Positions 59,352 through 64,000 of a DNA stretch of 64,000 nucleotides are shown here, in pieces. Source of the DNA: Dictyostelium discoideum. Its lineage: Eukaryota. Location of the stretch: the NCBI GenBank assembly GCA_000004695.1, contig CM000154.2, positions 3,936,001-4,000,000 on the forward strand. The letters run 5' to 3'. Position 1 is the stretch's first letter. Each line of letters starts with the position of its first letter. The position numbers and the translations under genes are program-made. The notes beneath the pieces are model-generated. The model had not been told where the DNA came from and did no database searches. It saw only the letters and a list, made by a program, of their open reading frames with translations.

Positions 59352-62128
59352 CTATCAACAATAATTGGATCTTTAATACTTCCAGTATTTTCATAACTTT
59401 TATATTTTCTTTTTTGTTCTTCTTCTTGTTGTTCCTTTTGTAATTGTTCTAATAATGGACCTGATGAAGGATAAATTATGAAATCATCTTTATAGGAAGG
59501 TAAATCAACTGGTTTACCTGTGATTTTTGAATATTCTAAACCATCAGCACCTACTATATAACTTGAACCAACTTGAAAATGTGATCTTGTCTTTTTAGAT
59601 GATGATGATGATGATAATAATCCTCCTTCTTCAAAATTAAAATTCATTTCCCTTTTATTATTTTCATTCCTTTGAATTTGTAATAAATATTCTGTATCTA
59701 GTATTTCATTTTCAAGTTTCTCTCTTTCTTCTTTTTTATTCCTTAATTCTTCTAATATTTCTTTTCTACTTTTACCATTACCATTACTATTACTATTACC
59801 ATTACTATTACCATTACTCTTACCATTACTGTTACCATTACTATTACCATTACCATTACCATTACTATTACCATTATCAATATTATTTTTATTATTTTCT
59901 AGTATTATTGGAGATGATTTATCAATTGACATTGGTGAATTATTACCAGTTTTTAAATAATCAGCACTATTATTTAGATTATCTTCAAATGATAAATTCT
60001 CAAAAGATAAATCCTTAGTTCCATCTTTCTTTTTTGGTGAAATTTTAAATTTTGAAGATTCTGTATTATCTCTATCATCACCACCATCATCAATATAGTT
60101 AATATAATCAGTATCACAATCATAAGAGTTTTTAATATTCTTTTGAAATTGTTTTGATAGAGAGTATTTTTGTGATTGTGATAATGATAATGATTGTGAT
60201 GATGATGATAATGATAATGATAATGATGGTGATGATGATTGATAATTTTCTTGTTCTTGTTTTAATTTTTTAATTCTTTCATTTACTTTTGATTCTTTTA
60301 TTAAAGTTTCTTTATAAAATTTTGAAAAATCATCAAATTCTAAATAAACTAATAATAAATTTGAAATTGCCATTAATTTCCTTTCAAAAATTGAAATTAA
60401 TATTTGATATTCTTCTTCTTGATCTTCTCCTCCCTCTTTTTCTTTTTCAAATTGATCATTCTCTAAAATTTTAATTGCATCATTTAATAAACTAATTCTT
60501 TTTTCCTTTCTACTATCACCAAATGGTTCTAACCTTTTCAATGCATTTGAATAATTTATTTTTGCTAATGCTATTATTTGTATTATTTGTTGTTGTTGTT
60601 GTTGTTGTAATTGTAGATTATTATTATTATTATTACTGTTTTCATTTATTTTATTACTAAATTCTATTATAGATCTACTTAAACCAATTGAGATATTAAA
60701 ATATTTTTTTATTTTTAAACAATCTAAATAATTTGAATGATCTTCTAAAACTAAAAATAATTTATCATATTTTTTTAAATAAATTAATGATTTTTCATAT
60801 TCTACCCAATATTTTAATTTCTTTTCAATGAAATAAAAATATCTATTTTCATAATCATCTGGTTTCTCTTTATCTAATTGATCTAAAATCGTTTCATATA
60901 TTAAAATTAAATTTTCATGATATAGAGTTATATCTCTATTATTATTATTATTATTATTATTATCATCTTCATTTTTATTTTTATCTTTATTATTATTATT
61001 TGAATTTAAAATTGAATTTAATAATTTTTCAGATTCAATTCTATTTTTATTAATTTTAATTGAATTTTTTAAACGATTCATTTGAAAATCTAAATATGAT
61101 CTCTTTATTAAATGTGGACACTTTTCAGATTCTTTTTCAAGTTGTTTAATTGTTTCTTTAAATTCTTTATTTCTTTCATCACTATAATAGCATTCAAGTA
61201 ATAATTGATAACAATCAAATTTATCTTTATCCATTTTAGTTGTTGATGATGATCTATTAATTCTTTCATTTAAATAATAACTTGCTCCAACTGCATCATG
61301 ACATTTTAAACATAATAATCCTAAATTATAATATTGATTTCCTTCCATATCTTTTTTACATTTTTCTTCAACTAATAAAAAAAAAATAATAATAATAATA
61401 ATCATATATATATATTAATAATTAATTTTTTAATTTTTAAAATTATAATGTATAATATTATTCTTACTCTTTTTATAAAATGATAAAGCTTTTTTATATT
61501 GTTCTAAATGAATACTACAATAAATTTCATTTGATAAAAGTTCAATATTCTTTATAAAATCTTTAATGTTTTCAGATGATTGATTATCAATTTCTAAAAG
61601 TTCAACTGAATATTGATATGCTAAAACTTTTAAATACTTTATTGCTTTCCTTATTATTGTATATGGATTATTGTTTTTATTATAAATTTTATTTTTATTA
61701 TTTGTTGAAGAATCTTCATTATCTAATTTATTTAATTTATTACAATAAAATACACCAATGTCATGAAAACAATCAAATGATATTTTATAAAATTTCTTTG
61801 TTGGTGGTTGAAATGTTTTAAGTTTCGATTGAAAATGTTCAATCCTTATGATTATATCATTTTCATTTAATATGTCAATACCAAATAGCATATTGGTATT
61901 AAATACACCAATTAAAATACCTAAAATATCATATAATGTACTCTCTTTGATATCATTATCATTATTATTATTGTTTTTATTATTATAGTCACTACCAACA
62001 CTATTATATATTTTATTTATAATTTCCCATCCTTTTCTATATTCATCTCTAGTTTTCTTTTTTTTTTCAAATCCACCTTTTTCTGATAATTTTGCTGATT
62101 TTAATATATTTGATAATTGTACTTCCAT
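57062..62128 (-). CDS. Large TPR-like + leucine-rich-repeat (RNI-type LRR) protein. Proposed model: join(57062..61371,61468..62128), minus strand, ~1656 aa.
   Basis: ORFs 61430..62128 and 57062..61405 are separated by 24 nt. They join in frame through a GTAAGA donor at 61467 and a TATTAG acceptor at 61372, giving ...ALSFYKK|IEEKCKKDMEGNQYYNLG.... The N-terminus has TPR-like helices, the middle is Asn/Ser-rich, and the C-terminal ~550 aa hold LRRs of the L..L.LS.N.I type. Confidence 0.55.
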
Positions 62129-62920
62129 TTTAAAAAATGGTCAATTTATTATTTATTATAATAAAAAAAAAAAAAAAAAAATAGAAAACTTCTTGTTTAT
62201 TTATTAATTATTTATTTATTTTATTTATTTATTTATTTTATTTATTTATTTATTGTTTATTTGTTTGTAAAAAAAAAGAAAATAAAAAAAAAAAAAAAAA
62301 AATAATAAACTTCTTGCTTTTTTTGAAAATTAATTTTTTTTTATTTTTCAATTTTTTTTTTAAAAAAAAAAAGGAGGGAAAATTTTTTAGATATTTTAAT
62401 TGTTTCTATGAATATAACAATTAAAAACAACTTTACAAAATAAGAAATCTAATAAATATATATATTTGAATAATTAAATAATTATATAAATAAAAGGTTG
62501 AATAATAATTGTGATTCTAAGCATTATTTAATCTTGATAAAATTTTTGAATGGGCTATTAGTATATGTAATTAATTTAAACTTAATTTAGGTCATCAGAA
62601 ACTACATATAATGAAATCATGTTCACCTCAACCCACACCTACAATTTGGTACAATGCAAATATGTGTTAAGGTCAAAAAAAAAAAAAAAAAAGTTTTATT
62701 AATAAAAAAAAGTTTTATTATTAAAATTTTCTATTAAAAAAAAAAAAAAAAAAAAAAAAATTTAATAAATAATAAAAATTAATAATGCCTTACAGAAGGA
62801 ATTTGTTTTAAATTTTGTATCCCTTTCTATTTTAATTTCAAAAAAAAAAAAATAGATATCAATGGTTGCACTCTAAAAAATAGAAATATATAAAAAAAAA
62901 TTATAATAATAAAAAAAAGA

Positions 62921-63028
62921 GTTTGAAATAAATAAAATTAAAATAAGCACCAAAAAAGATTATAATTTTAGCTTTTTTTCTCTTATTTCGAAAAAAATAA
63001 ATTAGGAAATTCCCTTAGACACATTTCA

Positions 63029-63036
<8 letters not shown>
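62921..63036. repeat. Copy 1 of a tandemly duplicated non-coding module. Core motif AAATAAATTAGGAAATTCCCTTAGACACATTT.
   Basis: A second copy at 63341..63440 shares gtttgaaataagca.caaaaaa...aaataaattRggWaattccctt.gacacattt. Similarity continues downstream of both copies. Confidence 0.5.
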
Positions 63037-63078
<42 letters not shown>

Positions 63079-63099
63079 AATGGATAAAATTATTTATAT

Positions 63100-63232
63100 A
63101 TTATTCTCCATTTTTAACTCTTGAGAGTGCTATCCGGACTATTAGTGCTAATAAAAGCCCTTCTAAGGGATGGTCGACCTTGCCATTATGTGTAGCCAAT
63201 CAAATAATGAAGCATCAAACCCTACTTTTTTT
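63100..63232 (+). ncRNA. Candidate small non-coding RNA. A GC-richer ~130-bp segment starts about 65 bp after the conserved upstream motif and ends in a T10 run.
   Basis: Local GC is far above the intergenic background (tgctatccggactattagtgctaataaaagcccttctaagggatggtcgaccttgccattatgtgtagcc). There is no ORF. It ends in a Pol III-like oligo-T. The family is not recognised. Confidence 0.25.
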
Positions 63233-63340
63233 TTTCTTTTTTTTTTTGCTTTTCACTTTTTTTTTTATTTCACCCATGTAATAAAAATTAATTTCTAAAT
63301 ATGGATTGATTGATTCTTTAGAAATGTAAAAAAATTAAAA

Positions 63341-63435
63341 TGTTTGAAATAAGCATCAAAAAAATAAAAAAGTGTTTAACCACTTCCCAAAAAAAAAATA
63401 AATTGGGTAATTCCCTTTGACACATTTTATATTTT

Positions 63436-63440
<5 letters not shown>
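63341..63440. repeat. Copy 2 of the duplicated non-coding module.
   Basis: See copy 1. The core is aaataaattgggtaattccctttgacacatttt. Confidence 0.5.
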
Positions 63441-63468
<28 letters not shown>

Positions 63469-63596
63469 TTTATAAACAAAAATTTAATTTAGTTCAAAAA
63501 ATTATTCTATATTATTTTAATAATTCAAATAATAATTTTATCTGTTTTACAAAAAAAATGAATAAATCAAATAATGAAATATCAAACCCACAATAA

Positions 63597-63942
63597 GGAA
63601 GCTCAAATGATTCTAATGTTAATTCATCAAATGGTGGTTCAAGTAGTCCAAATTTTTTTATAGTTTATAAAGATGGTATTCAATACAAATTTCACAATTC
63701 ATCAACTTCGAAAGATGTTCTCAACTTTTTTGGATTAGAAAATGGTTATCTACAAACTCAACTTGGCCATCAAAAAGTTATTAATGCTAATCCAAATTAT
63801 TTACCAACATCTGGTACTTTTCATGTTGTTGAACAATCTTCAAAATTTTTATTTTTCAAAATCGCTGTATTAATAATTTCAATTAACTTTATAATTCAAA
63901 TTATATATTATTCAATTAAAATTTTAAAATAATTATATAATA
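63597..63942 (+). CDS. Terminal coding exon of an unidentified gene: ...FIVYKDGIQYKFHNSSTSKDVLNFFGLENGYLQ... followed by a C-terminal hydrophobic segment. The 5' exon(s) were not found.
   Basis: 115-codon open frame ending in a TAA at 63940-63942, with no ATG. It begins immediately after an in-frame TAA and a possible ATAAG acceptor at 63595. Confidence 0.3.
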
Positions 63943-64000
63943 AATAAAACTTTTTTTATAATTTTAGTTTTTGATTTATTTTTATTTTTTAGTAATTTTT

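Noticed and set aside
61372-61405. The MIIIIIIFFLLVEEK start of ORF 57062..61405.
   Set aside because: The poly-I is translated from a TAT/AAT-rich intron. The true reading enters from the upstream exon through the acceptor at 61372.

Overview
This is an AT-rich (about 75-80% A+T) eukaryotic nuclear segment. Its features point to a Dictyostelium discoideum-type social amoeba genome: poly-A/T tracts, (AAT)n, (CAA)n and (TCA)n microsatellites inside ORFs that encode poly-N/Q/S runs, short AT-rich introns with GTAAGT/GTATGT...AG ends, an FNIP-repeat gene and a PA14/psi-family gene. No prokaryotic operons, CRISPR arrays or defence islands are present. By hand-splicing the six-frame ORFs I reconstructed about 24 protein-coding genes. 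Several are multi-exon: ribosomal protein uL14/RPL23, a separase, TFIIA large subunit, the FACT subunit SSRP1, a sedolisin/TPP1 peptidase, a BIG-type Sec7 ARF-GEF, a Cu/Zn superoxide dismutase, BolA, mitochondrial ribosomal protein L46, an SFT2 vesicle protein, a three-RRM RNA-binding protein and a PA14 psi-family protein. I also found one intron-containing tRNA-Ala(UGC) with a downstream external B box. The most unusual observations are (i) a single ORF that fuses ALG13 and ALG14, the two halves of the UDP-GlcNAc transferase; (ii) a short-chain dehydrogenase whose central ~320 bp has GC-rich, non-Dictyostelium codon usage between AT-rich ends of the same ORF; (iii) an apparent +1 frameshift or alternative donor in exon 1 of the ARF-GEF; (iv) a tandemly duplicated ~400-bp non-coding module around a GC-richer candidate small RNA; and (v) two tandem paralogues of a lineage-specific family. 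All intron boundaries were placed by eye from frame continuity and GT...AG rules. They should be treated as models.
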